Positions 9,248 to 20,358 of a stretch of DNA of 64,000 nucleotides are shown in pieces. Made by a program: the position numbers and the translations under genes. Position 1 is the first letter of the stretch, and each line of letters starts with the position of its first letter. The stretch is from an uncultured Candidatus Rokubacteria bacterium (GTDB lineage Bacteria; Methylomirabilota; Methylomirabilia; Rokubacteriales; CSP1-6): positions 442,239-506,238 of the forward strand of contig CAWBMV010000012.1 of NCBI GenBank assembly GCA_963789955.1, read 5' to 3'. A model generated the notes under the pieces. The model worked only from the letters and a program-made list of their open reading frames with translations. It ran no database searches and was not told where the DNA came from.

Positions 9248-10474
9248 ATGGAGATCAGGCCCCTTCGAGGCTATCGCTACGCCGGCAGCGAGGCGCGTGA
9301 CATCTCGGCGGTCGTGGCTCCCCCGTACGACCAGATCAGTCCCGAGATGCAGGACCGTCTGTACGCGATGAGCCCGCACAACATCGTCCGCGTGACCTAT
9401 CCGAAGGATGCGGCCGACAAGTATCGTGACGCCCGCGAGGTGCTCGAGACCTGGTTGGCCGGCGGCGTGTGGGCTCGTGATGAGCGGCCCGCGATCTATC
9501 CGTATCACCAGACGTATACCGTGGGCGGCCGTTCGGTGACGCGCATGGGCTTCGTCGCGCTCGGCGAGGTCAGCCACTACGCGCGCGGCGCGGTGGTGCC
9601 CCACGAGCGGACGCACGCCGGGCCAAAGCGAGACCGGATGCAGCTGCTCGAGGCCACCGCCGCCGACGTCGGCCTGCTGTTCATGCTGACCGCCGATCCG
9701 GGCGGCGAGCTTCGGCGCGCCACGACACCCATCGGCGACCCGATCGCCGAGGCGCGCGATCTCAAAGGGGAGCTTCATCGGCTGTGGCGCATGACCGAGG
9801 AGGCGGCGGTGAGTCGCGTTCGAGATCTGATGGCGACGCGCCCGGTGATCATCGCCGACGGCCACCATCGATACGAGACGGCGGTCGCCTACGCCGAGCG
9901 CCACCCGGACGCGCGCCACAAGCTCATGGCGTTCTTCACCCTGGAAGCCCCAGGACTGACGATCCTGCCGAATCATCGTCTCGTGCACGACATCAAGGGC
10001 TTCGACTTCGAGGATTTCGTCCAGATGGCTTCCCGCTGGTTCGACGTGTCGCCGCTGGCCGATCCGTCGACCGTCGAGCTCGAGAACCGATCGATCGCCG
10101 TCGTGAGCGGACCGGACGCGGCACTGCTGCGACTCAAGCCCGGTGCGCGTGATCACATCGCGTGGCCCGAGAAGAGGTCCGCGGCCTGGCGTGGTCTCGC
10201 CGTGTCGATCCTCCACGAAGGGCTGCTGCGCCCGTTGCTCGGCATCACCGACGCGAAGCTCGACGCGAAGACCCACGTGGACTACACCGCCGACCGGACC
10301 GAGGCGATCAAGCTGGCGCGTGAGGGCAAATGTCAGGCGGCATTCCTGATCGCCCCCACGACGGCCGAGGAGCTCCAGGCGGTCGTCCGGGGCGGCGAGC
10401 TCCTTCCGCAGAAGTCCACGCACTTCTATCCGAAGCTCCTGGACGGGCTCGTGTTCTATCGACTGGGCGAATGA
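9248..10474 (+). CDS. DUF1015 family protein
   Basis: APPYDQIS, PHERT, IADGHHRYETA and LPQKSTHFYPK. Confidence 0.9.
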   Translation: MEIRPLRGYRYAGSEARDISAVVAPPYDQISPEMQDRLYAMSPHNIVRVTYPKDAADKYRDAREVLETWLAGGVWARDERPAIYPYHQTYTVGGRSVTRMGFVALGEVSHYARGAVVPHERTHAGPKRDRMQLLEATAADVGLLFMLTADPGGELRRATTPIGDPIAEARDLKGELHRLWRMTEEAAVSRVRDLMATRPVIIADGHHRYETAVAYAERHPDARHKLMAFFTLEAPGLTILPNHRLVHDIKGFDFEDFVQMASRWFDVSPLADPSTVELENRSIAVVSGPDAALLRLKPGARDHIAWPEKRSAAWRGLAVSILHEGLLRPLLGITDAKLDAKTHVDYTADRTEAIKLAREGKCQAAFLIAPTTAEELQAVVRGGELLPQKSTHFYPKLLDGLVFYRLGE

Positions 10475-12823
10475 GCGCCGCCGACTCGCCGCCGCTGCGC
10501 TATACGGGCATGCGCATCAAGCGGCTCGAAGACCCACGGCTCCTGACCGGCCGCGGACGATACCTCGACGACCTGGCGCTCCCGCGCATGCTCTTCGCGA
10601 GCTTCGTGCGGAGCCCGCACGCGCACGCGCGCATCGTCCGGATCGACGCCGCGGCCGCACGCCTCCTGCCCGGAGTCGTGGCCGTCATCACCGCCGACGA
10701 TCTGCGAGCCGTGACGAAGCCGCTCGCGCCACGGCTCGATGGCCCGGGGTTCACGCCGACGGCGTGGCCCGCGCTGGCGGACGGCGTCGCCCGTTTTTGC
10801 GGCGAAGCGGTGGCCGTCGTGGTGGCCGCGAACCCGTACGTCGCGGCCGACGCGCGCGATCTGGTCACCGTCGAGTGGGAGCCGAGACCCGCCGTCGCCA
10901 CGATCGACCAGGCGCTCGCGTCCAACCAGATCCTCTTCCAGCGTCGGCACCGGCAAGGCGACGTCGACGGCGCCTTCGCGCGCGCGTCGATCGTCGTCCG
11001 CGAGACGTTCGAGCACGGCCGCTGTGCGCCCTCGCCGCTCGAGGTCCGGGGCATTCTCGCCGACTGGGACGGCGAGGCGCTGACCATCTGGTCGGGCAAC
11101 CAGTCTCCGTCGTTGATGCGCACGGCGCTCGCCGATGCGCTCAGCTTGCCGCAGGCTCGCGTGAGGATCGTGTGCCCGGACGTCGGCGGCGGCTTCGGGC
11201 TCAAGATGCAGGTCTTTCCGGAGGACGTCGCGGTCGCCGCGCTGACGCGCCGCCTCGGCCGCCCGGTGAAGTGGCTCGAGGAGCGCCGCGAGAATCTCAC
11301 CGCGGCGTCTCAGGCGCGCGGTCAGCGCACCACGGTCGAGGTTGCCGCCGCGGCGGACGGCACGGTGCTCGCACTGCGGTCGCGGGTCATGTCGGACAAT
11401 GGCGCCTACCATGCGTACCCGACCACGGGAGTCCTCGAGCCACTCGGGACCGCGAGCATCATGCCCGGACCCTATCGAATCTCGGCGTATGAGTTCGAGG
11501 CGCTGGCGCTCGCGACTCATAAGCCTCCGCTCGGCGCCTATCGGGGCGTCGGAATGACGATGGGAGCGTTCGTGGCCGAGCGGATGCTCGATCTCGTCGC
11601 CGAACGGCTGAGCCTGGATCCAGCCGAGATCCGGCGGCGCAACCTCATCCCGCGCGAGGCGTATCCGTTTACGTCGGTCACCGGCTACACGTACGACAGC
11701 GGTGATTTTCCCAAGGCGCTCGAAGAGGCGCTGGGTGCGGTCGACTACGACAAGCTCCGCCACGAGCAGAAGGCCGCGCGCGCCGCCGGACGACTCGTCG
11801 GGATCGGGATCGCGTGCTACACCGAGTACACGGGGATGGGATCCGCAGGCTTCCGTCGTCGCGGCGCGGTCGAGCTGCCCGGCATCGAGGCCGCGACCGT
11901 CACCGTGGACGCCGACGCGACGGTCCGGTGCGCGTTGAGCTTCCCGACACAGGGCCAGGGCCACGCGACGACCATTGCGCAGATCGTCGCCGATCGCCTG
12001 GGGCTCACGCTCGAAGACATCCGGCTGCAGCGCGTCGACACGGCCGAGTCGCCGCCGGGTAGCGGGACCTTCGCGAGCCGGGGAACGGTCGCGATGCTCG
12101 GGAGCGCGGCGGTCGCCGCCGATCGTGTGAGCGAAAAGATGAAGACCCTCGCGGCGCATCGTCTGGAGGCGGCGGCCGCCGACGTCGAGCTGGCCGGCGG
12201 CCGCGCCTTCGTGCGTGGCTTCCCCGATCGCTCGATCGCCCTGGCCGAGATCACTCGGCTCGCGTACTCACCGCCGCTCGGCGGGCTCCCCGATGGTCTG
12301 GCACCCGGTCTCGAGGCCACCGTGTACTGCGACCTTCCCGGGCCCGACCTTCTCGGGCGCGGTCCATGTGGCGGTTGTCGACGTCGATCCGGCGACAGGG
12401 CGTGTCGCGGTGCTCCGCTATGCGCTCGTGGAAGACTGTGGACGCGTGATCAACCCGATCATCGTCGAAGGACAAATCCACGGAGCGGTCGCCCAGGGTA
12501 TCGGCGAGGCGCTGCTCGAGTCCGTCGTGCACGACGACGACGGCCAGTTGCTCACCGCGACGCTCATGGATTACGCGCTTCCCAGGGCGGACGACGTGCC
12601 CTTGTTCGAGATCGCTCACCTCGAGACGCCCTCGCCGGTGACACCCGGCGGCGTCAAGGGGATGGGCGAGGGCGGAACGATCGGCGCCCCCGCCGCGATC
12701 GCGAACGCGGTCGCCGACGCCGTGCGCCATCTCGGCGTGCAGATCACCAGGCTCCCGATTCGTCCGGAGTCACTCCTCGGCGGCTCCAGCACTCGCGGAG
12801 CGGCCGACATGAGGATCCCGTAA
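10471..12823 (+). CDS. Xanthine dehydrogenase/CoxL-family molybdopterin-binding subunit (one frameshift near 12340)
   Basis: KRLEDPRLLTG, DVGGGFGLK, AYRGVG and QGQGH; C-terminus (NPIIVEGQIHG, KGMGEGG) lies in ORF 12215..12823. Confidence 0.85.
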
Positions 12824-14445
12824 TGGGCAAACAAGACATCGACATCGCACGCGCCGTGAAGCTCCAGCCGATCCAGGCGATCGGCGAGACGCTTGGACTG
12901 AACGGCGGTGACCTCGAGCCGTACGGAAGCTACAAGGCGAAGATCCGGTGGGACGTCATCGATCGTGTCAGCGGCCGCCCCGACGGAGCCCTCGTCCTCG
13001 TGACGGCGATGACGCCGACCCCCGCGGGCGAAGGAAAGTCGACGACGACGATCGGGCTGGCCGACGGGCTCCGGCGCCTCGGCAAGCGCTCGGTCGTGGC
13101 GATCCGCGAGCCCTCGCTCGGCCCCGTGTTCGGCGTGAAGGGAGGCGGGACGGGCGGCGGCCATACCCAGATCGCGCCGATGGAAGATATCAATCTGCAC
13201 TTCACCGGCGACATGCACGCGGTCACGGCCGCGCACAACTTGCTGGCCGCGATGCTCGACAATCATCTGGCGCAGGGCAACGCGCTCGGGCTCGACGTCC
13301 GGCGGATCCTCTGGAAGCGCGTCCTCGACATGAACGACCGCGCCCTCCGGCGCCTCGTCATCGGCCTGGGCGGATCGGCGCACGGGGTGCCGCGCGAGAG
13401 CGGGTTCGACATCACGGTGGCGTCCGAGGTCATGGCGATCTTCTGCCTGGCGCGCGATCTCCAGGACTTCAAGGCGCGGGTCGAGCGCATCATCGTGGCC
13501 GAGAAGGGTGAGGGCACGTTCGTGACCACGCGCGATCTCCGCGCGGCGGGCGCGATGGCGGTCCTCATGAAGGACGCGATCAAGCCGAATCTCGTCCAGA
13601 CGCTCGAGGGCACGCCGGCGCTGGTCCACGGCGGACCGTTCGCGAACATCGCGCACGGCTGCAACAGCCTCATCGCGACGCGGCTCGGACTCAAGCTCGG
13701 CGAGATCCTCGTCACCGAGGCCGGCTTCGCGAGTGACCTCGGGGCCGAGAAGTTCATGGACATCAAGTGCCGCACCGGCGGCTTCGTGCCCTCGACGGCG
13801 GTCATCGTGGTCACGACGCGTGCGCTGGCGATGCACGGTGAGGAGAATCTGGCCAAGCACGTCGAGAACATGCGGCTCTTCGGCCTGTCGCCGGTCGTCG
13901 CGCTGAACCGCTTCACCGACGACACCGACGCGGCGGTGAGCGCCGTGAAGGCCAGCTGCAAGACGCTCGAGGTGCCGTGCGGCGAGTCGCGGGGCTGGGA
14001 GCTCGGCGGCGCCGGCGTCACCGACCTGGCCGGCATGGTGCTCGACGCGGTGCGCGGAAGCGAGCGCTCGCGCTTCCAGTACCTCTATCCCGACGAGCTC
14101 GGGCTCGCGGGCAAGCTCGAGACGCTTGCCAAGAAGGTCTACGGCGCCGACGGGGTAACGTTCGCGCCGGCGGCCGCGGCCAAGCTGAAGCGCTACGAGT
14201 CGCTCGGCTACGGGCGCCTGCCGGTCTGCGTGGCGAAGACGCAGAACTCGCTCAGCGACGACCCCAAGCGTCCGGGGCGTCCCCGAGGCTTCACGATCAC
14301 GGTTCGCGACGCGGCGCTCTCGGCCGGCGCCGGGTTCGTCGTGGCCTATGCGGGTGACATCCTGACGATGCCCGGGCTCCCAAAGGTGCCGGGCGCGGAA
14401 GGCGTCGATATCGACGCGAACGGCAACGTCGTCGGGCTGTTCTGA
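12823..14445 (+). CDS. fhs: Formate--tetrahydrofolate ligase
   Basis: TPTPAGEGKSTT, EDINLHFTGDMHA, HGGPFANIAHGCNS and MPGLP; TAATG overlap with the upstream gene. Confidence 0.95.
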   Translation: MGKQDIDIARAVKLQPIQAIGETLGLNGGDLEPYGSYKAKIRWDVIDRVSGRPDGALVLVTAMTPTPAGEGKSTTTIGLADGLRRLGKRSVVAIREPSLGPVFGVKGGGTGGGHTQIAPMEDINLHFTGDMHAVTAAHNLLAAMLDNHLAQGNALGLDVRRILWKRVLDMNDRALRRLVIGLGGSAHGVPRESGFDITVASEVMAIFCLARDLQDFKARVERIIVAEKGEGTFVTTRDLRAAGAMAVLMKDAIKPNLVQTLEGTPALVHGGPFANIAHGCNSLIATRLGLKLGEILVTEAGFASDLGAEKFMDIKCRTGGFVPSTAVIVVTTRALAMHGEENLAKHVENMRLFGLSPVVALNRFTDDTDAAVSAVKASCKTLEVPCGESRGWELGGAGVTDLAGMVLDAVRGSERSRFQYLYPDELGLAGKLETLAKKVYGADGVTFAPAAAAKLKRYESLGYGRLPVCVAKTQNSLSDDPKRPGRPRGFTITVRDAALSAGAGFVVAYAGDILTMPGLPKVPGAEGVDIDANGNVVGLF

Positions 14446-14489
14446 ACAGGTCGGGACCGCCGCGCAGGCATGCTAGTATCCGAAGCTAG

Positions 14490-15311
14490 ATGCGCGCGGT
14501 TCTGCTCGGTACGGGAAGTCCACCGCCCAACCCGAAGCGACGAGGCCCCGCGACGCTCCTCTCGCTCGGGGACGAGCGGTTTCTCGTCGACGCCGGCTCG
14601 GGCGTCGGTGCTCAGCTGGTCCAGGCCGGAGTACGGCCGTGGGATTGGCCTCCCGTGTTCATCACGCATCACCACTCGGATCACACGATCGATCTGGGTC
14701 ATCTACTCGTCACCCGATGGATCACCGGCCAGAACGCGCCGCTCGAGATCTGGGGGCCGGCCGGAACGCAACGCCAGGTCGACAAGCTCCTCGATTATCT
14801 GAGCTGGGACATCGAGGTCCGCCGGTCGCACATGCACGAGCGGCGGCCGCCGGACGTGCGCGTCACCGAGATCGAGGAGGGGAAGATCCTCGACACCGGC
14901 GCGGTGCGGGTGAGCGCGTTCCTCGTCGAGCACGATCCGGTGAGGCCGGCGTTCGGCTTCCGGTTCGAGGGCGGCGGCCGATCGATCGTGGTCTCGGGTG
15001 ATACGCGCCCGTGCGAGAACCTCATGCGCTGGAGCCGCGGCGTCGATTGCCTCATCCACGAGTGCTGCGAGATGTCCAAGACCTCCTGGTATCCGGGCTG
15101 CGGCTGGGCGACCATCGAGGAGAAGATCCAGGATCTGGCCTCCTACCACACGCAACCCGCCGACATCGGCCGCGTGGCGCGCGGCGCCGGCGCCAAGAAG
15201 CTCGTGATCACGCACTTGATGCCGGGATCGGTACCCGCCGAGCTCGCGGCGGCCGCGGGGCGAGACTTCGCCGGAGCGGTTGCGGTCGGCGAGGACCTGG
15301 CGGAGGTCTGA
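14490..15311 (+). CDS. MBL-fold metallohydrolase (RNase Z/BN-like)
   Basis: LLGTGSP, ITHHHSDH, SGDTRP and YHT motifs. Confidence 0.85.
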   Translation: MRAVLLGTGSPPPNPKRRGPATLLSLGDERFLVDAGSGVGAQLVQAGVRPWDWPPVFITHHHSDHTIDLGHLLVTRWITGQNAPLEIWGPAGTQRQVDKLLDYLSWDIEVRRSHMHERRPPDVRVTEIEEGKILDTGAVRVSAFLVEHDPVRPAFGFRFEGGGRSIVVSGDTRPCENLMRWSRGVDCLIHECCEMSKTSWYPGCGWATIEEKIQDLASYHTQPADIGRVARGAGAKKLVITHLMPGSVPAELAAAAGRDFAGAVAVGEDLAEV

Positions 15312-15312
15312 G

Positions 15313-15696
15313 GTGGTGGACCGTGCGGCCGAGCGGCCGGTCGATCTCGCGGTGGCAATGCGCTGGCTCGGCGGCGATCACCGGCTCCTCTCCGAGCTCG
15401 TCGGGATCTTCGTCGACGACGGCCCCAAGCGCCTTCAGGCGATTCGTTCGGCCTTGACCGCGTCCGACGTCCGGCAGGTCGAGCACGTCGCGCACAGCCT
15501 GAAAGGCTCCGCGGCGATTCTCGGCGCCACGCGTTTGCAGACGGCCGCGCTGGCGCTCGAGGATGCGGCGCACGACGGCCACACCGAAAACAGTCCCGAC
15601 CTCGTGGCGGAGATCGAGCGCGAGCTCGATCTCGTCATGGCGTTTTTCGCGGATCCGACCTGGAAAGACCGGCTCGATCTCGAGGCGACGTCGTGA
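15313..15696 (+). CDS. Hpt (histidine phosphotransfer) domain protein
   Basis: AHSLKGSAAILGA; GTG start at 15313 or 15316. Confidence 0.85.
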   Translation: MVDRAAERPVDLAVAMRWLGGDHRLLSELVGIFVDDGPKRLQAIRSALTASDVRQVEHVAHSLKGSAAILGATRLQTAALALEDAAHDGHTENSPDLVAEIERELDLVMAFFADPTWKDRLDLEATS

Positions 15697-16334
15697 GAGT
15701 GCTGATCGTCGACGACGAGCCGATCGTCCGGCGCCTGCACGAAGCGTCGTTGACGGGCTGGGGCTACCAGGTCGTGTTGGCCTCGGGCGGCGAGCAAGCG
15801 TGGGAGATGTTCCAGGGCGAGGATCCGCCGGAGCTCGCGATCCTCGACTGGACGATGCCGGGCATGGACGGCCTCGAGCTCTGCACGAGGGTCCGCACCC
15901 TGGGCCGCGAGCCCAAGCCGTATCTCATCTTCGTCACCGCGAAGGCCCGGACTCAGGACATCGTGACCGGCCTCGGCGCCGGCGCCGACGACTACATCGT
16001 CAAGCCGTTCGAGCGGGAGGAGCTTCGCGCCCGCGTGCAGGTCGGCTTCCGCATGCTGGCGCTCCAGACCGCGCTCGCCGAGCGCGTACGCGAGCTCGAA
16101 GAGGCGCTGACACGGGTCAAGCAGCTGCAGGGACTCTTGCCGATCTGCTCGTACTGCAAGAAAGTCCGCGACGACCGTAACTACTGGCAGCAGGTCGAGA
16201 CCTACATCGAGGGCCACTCCGACGCTCAGTTCACCCATGGGATCTGCCCGGAGTGCCGCGAGAAGTATGTCGAGCCCGAGCTCGAGCGGCTGCGGCGGAT
16301 CCGGGACGCCGGCCAGACCGGGACGTCGCTGTGA
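15693..16334 (+). CDS. Response regulator (REC + coiled coil + Cys-rich C-terminus)
   Basis: VDDE, LDWTMPGMDG and YIVKPF; tail LLPICSYCKK..THGICPEC. Confidence 0.9.
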   Translation: MRVLIVDDEPIVRRLHEASLTGWGYQVVLASGGEQAWEMFQGEDPPELAILDWTMPGMDGLELCTRVRTLGREPKPYLIFVTAKARTQDIVTGLGAGADDYIVKPFEREELRARVQVGFRMLALQTALAERVRELEEALTRVKQLQGLLPICSYCKKVRDDRNYWQQVETYIEGHSDAQFTHGICPECREKYVEPELERLRRIRDAGQTGTSL

Positions 16335-17029
16335 TCACCCGCCGCGCGGCGGCCGATCGAGGCCACTTCGATTTCGGCTGGCTCGACACGTCGCACACGT
16401 TTTCGTTCGGCGAGTACTACGATCACCGCCACATGGGGTTCCGCACGTTGCGCGTGATCAACGAGGACCGCGTACAGCCCGACCGCGGCTTTCCGACCCA
16501 CGGCCACCGCGACATGGAGATCATCAGCTACGTGCTCGAGGGAGCGCTGCAGCATCGGGACAGCCTGGGCACCGGCTCCGTGATCCGGCCCGGCGAAGTG
16601 CAGCGCATGAGCGCCGGGACCGGCGTCACCCACAGCGAGTTCAATCCGTCCCAGAGCGAGCTGGTCCACTTCCTCCAGATCTGGATCGTGCCCGACCGCC
16701 GTGGCCACGAGCCAAGCTACGAGCAGAAGACCATCGCCGACCCGGACAAGCGCGGCGTCCTGCGCCTGATCGCCGGTCCTCGCGGCGGCGGCTCCGCCGT
16801 CACGATCCACCAGGACGTGCGGCTCTACTCGGTGCGGCTCGAGCGCGAGCAGGAAGTGGTGCACGAGCTGAATCCCGAGCGTCACGCGTGGGTGCAGATC
16901 GCGCGCGGCGCGATCACCTTGAACGGCCAGCCCCTGTGGCAGGGTGACGGCGCGGCGATCAGCGCGGAGCCGGCACTGCGACTGATCGGCCTCGAGCCGG
17001 CGGAAGTCCTGGTCTTCGACCTGGGCTAA
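16331..17029 (+). CDS. Pirin family protein (YhhW-like)
   Basis: HTFSFGEYYD, GFPTHGHRDMEIISYV and SAGTGVTHSEFN; GTG 16331 overlaps the upstream stop. Confidence 0.92.
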   Translation: MITRRAAADRGHFDFGWLDTSHTFSFGEYYDHRHMGFRTLRVINEDRVQPDRGFPTHGHRDMEIISYVLEGALQHRDSLGTGSVIRPGEVQRMSAGTGVTHSEFNPSQSELVHFLQIWIVPDRRGHEPSYEQKTIADPDKRGVLRLIAGPRGGGSAVTIHQDVRLYSVRLEREQEVVHELNPERHAWVQIARGAITLNGQPLWQGDGAAISAEPALRLIGLEPAEVLVFDLG

Positions 17030-17038
17030 CGCCGCGCG

Positions 17039-17767
17039 TCAGCGCGGGGTCAGGATCGTCTGCGGGGAAGGCGGGCTCGGCCGCAAGAAGGTCCGCGCGC
17101 GCTCCCGGCCGGCGCCGAGGGCGTGCCGGGCCACGATGCTCGCACAGCGGGCAAGGCTCAGCGGGCGGCTGACGACGCTGACGTGCCCTGCCTTGATGCC
17201 CGCGACCACCGATTCCACCGTCGCCGACGCGTCGATCAGCGAGAAGGTCGTCCCGAACTGCTCGTCCAGGTGACTGTCGGACGTCCCGATCAGGGGCAGC
17301 CCCACCGCTCGAGCCAGCTTGACGGCCGCTCGATTGAAGTCGATGCGCGGCGTGTAGAAGTGGCTGAATTCGATGGCGTCGAACAGCTCGATTTCCTGCC
17401 AGAGCTTTTCGCGCAGGCAGTAGGCCGCCGGGAAGAAGGGATGCGGCGCGACCACCAGCCATTCGGGCGTCCGGTAGCGTTTGAGGGCAGCGAAGGTGGT
17501 GATCTTGTCGACGTCGACGTCCGCGTTGTAGACCAGCACGTGCCGGCCCTCGACGGTGACCTCGACACCCGGAATCAGGACGATGCCGTGGTCGCGAGCG
17601 AACGCGGAGAGCTCGGCGTTGAAGGTCTGGGTGTCGTGGTTGCTGATGCTGAGGACCTGGTAGCCCTCTCGGGCGGCGCGGGTGATCACTTCGCGGGCGT
17701 CGTACGTGATGAAGGGCTCCGCCTCCCGCGTGTGGATGTGGAGGTCGGCCCGGAGCCCCACGTTCAT
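17039..17767 (-). CDS. PHP domain phosphoesterase
   Basis: DLHIHT, ISNHD, IPGVEVT, APHP and GTSDSH. Confidence 0.88.
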   Translation of the reverse strand: MNVGLRADLHIHTREAEPFITYDAREVITRAAREGYQVLSISNHDTQTFNAELSAFARDHGIVLIPGVEVTVEGRHVLVYNADVDVDKITTFAALKRYRTPEWLVVAPHPFFPAAYCLREKLWQEIELFDAIEFSHFYTPRIDFNRAAVKLARAVGLPLIGTSDSHLDEQFGTTFSLIDASATVESVVAGIKAGHVSVVSRPLSLARCASIVARHALGAGRERARTFLRPSPPSPQTILTPR

Positions 17768-17783
17768 GTCAGGCTTTTATCGC

Positions 17784-17799
17784 AGCAAGGCGGGGACCA
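17784..17799 (-). promoter_or_regulatory. Possible sigma54 promoter for the PHP gene
   Basis: Minus strand TGGTCCCCGCCTTGCT, GG-N10-GC, ending 16 nt before the ATG. Confidence 0.5.
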
Positions 17800-17908
17800 A
17801 GTCCGGACCACGCGCAAGTCAGCGTCGTTCCTGCAGTCGAGTTTTCGGACTGCGCACTCGCGAGTAAGTACGGCGCGAACTTTCTTCCACATCGGTGGTT
17901 TGTAGCTG

Positions 17909-17953
17909 ACCGGCAAATTGCCGGTGGTTCGACCAGCTGTCAAAGAACTTGCC
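17909..17953. promoter_or_regulatory. Enhancer-like palindromes
   Basis: ACCGGCAA-A-TTGCCGGT (17909-17925) and GTCAAAGAACTTGCC (17939-17953). Confidence 0.5.
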
Positions 17954-18031
17954 GGTTTGTCTGGGCGTCGAGAACACGATGGGCCTTGTGGATCGTCAGT
18001 AATATTAGGAGTTTCCGGATACGGCAGGTGG

Positions 18032-18047
18032 TGGCAACTCGATTGCT
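18032..18047 (+). promoter_or_regulatory. Sigma54 promoter for the patatin gene
   Basis: TGGCAACTCGATTGCT, GG-N10-GC; 15/16 identical to the 3057-3072 promoter. Confidence 0.75.
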
Positions 18048-18074
18048 GACAAGGTTGTTACAATTGAGGCGAAC

Positions 18075-19130
18075 ATGAACATCTTCAGGCGCGTAGTCGG
18101 GCGCTGGCGGTCGCGACGGCCTCGCTACGCACTGGCCCTGGCGGGTGGAGGCGTCATCGGGGGCATGTACGAGGTCGGCGTCATCGCCGCGATCGAAGAG
18201 CGGCTCAACAGCGCCGGCGATTTCGATATCTACGTCGGCTGTAGCGCGGGCTCGGTCGTGGCCAGCCTCCTCGCCAACGGCGTCCGGGCCTCGGAGATTT
18301 ACCGGATCATCGACCAGGATCTCGAGCACCCGCTGAACTTCAGGCGCGGCGCCGTGTACGCCTCGAACTCGTTCCGCCACGCCGCGGGTCGGTTCGGCCG
18401 GCTCGTCTGGGCCGTCAGCAAGAACGCGATGACCGCCGTGCGCGGCTCCGTCCCCGATATGCTCGCGGCCGCGGAGCGCGATCTCCCCGCCGGGTTCTTC
18501 TCGCTGGTGGCGCTCGAGCGGTACATGCGCGAGACGTTCGCCACGGTCGGGCTCCAGAACAGCTTCACGGCGCTGGAGCGCGTGCTGCTGATCCCGGCGA
18601 TCGACCTCGATCGGGCCCAGCGCGTGGTGTTCGGCCGCGACGGGCTTCGCGACGTCGCGATCAGCGAGGCGGTGGCGGCGTCCTCGGCGATTCCCGGATT
18701 CTTCGAGCCCTACACCTTGCAGGGCCGAGACTACGTCGACGGGGGAGTCGGCTTCAGCGGCCACGCGGATCTGGCCGCCGACGCGGGGGCCGACGTCGTG
18801 ATCGTGGTCAACCCGCTCGTGCCCAATCCCGACGGCGGGGTCGTGCCGCTGCGCAGCCGCGGGCTCTACACGATCATGGAGCAGGCCGGGCGCATCTACA
18901 GCCAGAACCTGCTCCAGCTGGGTCTTTCGACGCTCCGGATCAAGCATCCGCATACGGAGTTCCATCTGATCCAGCCGACGCGAGACGAGACGCCGCTCTT
19001 CGGTCCGTCCATGGGATTCGAGGCCAGCCGCGCGGCGCTGCGCTACGGCTACGAATCGACGAAGGAATGGCTGACCGAGCAGGGACTGCCGCTTCTACGC
19101 CGACTTCAGGCCGCGCCACAGCCCGTGTAG
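18075..19130 (+). CDS. Patatin-like phospholipase
   Basis: LAGGGVIG, GCSAG nucleophile elbow and YVDGG. Confidence 0.9.
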   Translation: MNIFRRVVGRWRSRRPRYALALAGGGVIGGMYEVGVIAAIEERLNSAGDFDIYVGCSAGSVVASLLANGVRASEIYRIIDQDLEHPLNFRRGAVYASNSFRHAAGRFGRLVWAVSKNAMTAVRGSVPDMLAAAERDLPAGFFSLVALERYMRETFATVGLQNSFTALERVLLIPAIDLDRAQRVVFGRDGLRDVAISEAVAASSAIPGFFEPYTLQGRDYVDGGVGFSGHADLAADAGADVVIVVNPLVPNPDGGVVPLRSRGLYTIMEQAGRIYSQNLLQLGLSTLRIKHPHTEFHLIQPTRDETPLFGPSMGFEASRAALRYGYESTKEWLTEQGLPLLRRLQAAPQPV

Positions 19131-19142
19131 CTCGCCGAGCGT

Positions 19143-20351
<1,209 letters not shown>

Positions 20352-20358
20352 CGTGGTG

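Noticed and set aside
10471..12823. Aerobic CO dehydrogenase (form I CoxL)
   Set aside because: Active-site loop is AYRGVG rather than AYxCSFR, and no coxM/coxS or accessory genes are adjacent
10330..14445. 1371-aa Mo-hydroxylase-Fhs fusion in the ORF track
   Set aside because: The hydroxylase C-terminus is in another frame (12215..12823) and ends in a TAATG overlap with the fhs start; the linker is off-frame nonsense caused by an indel near 12340
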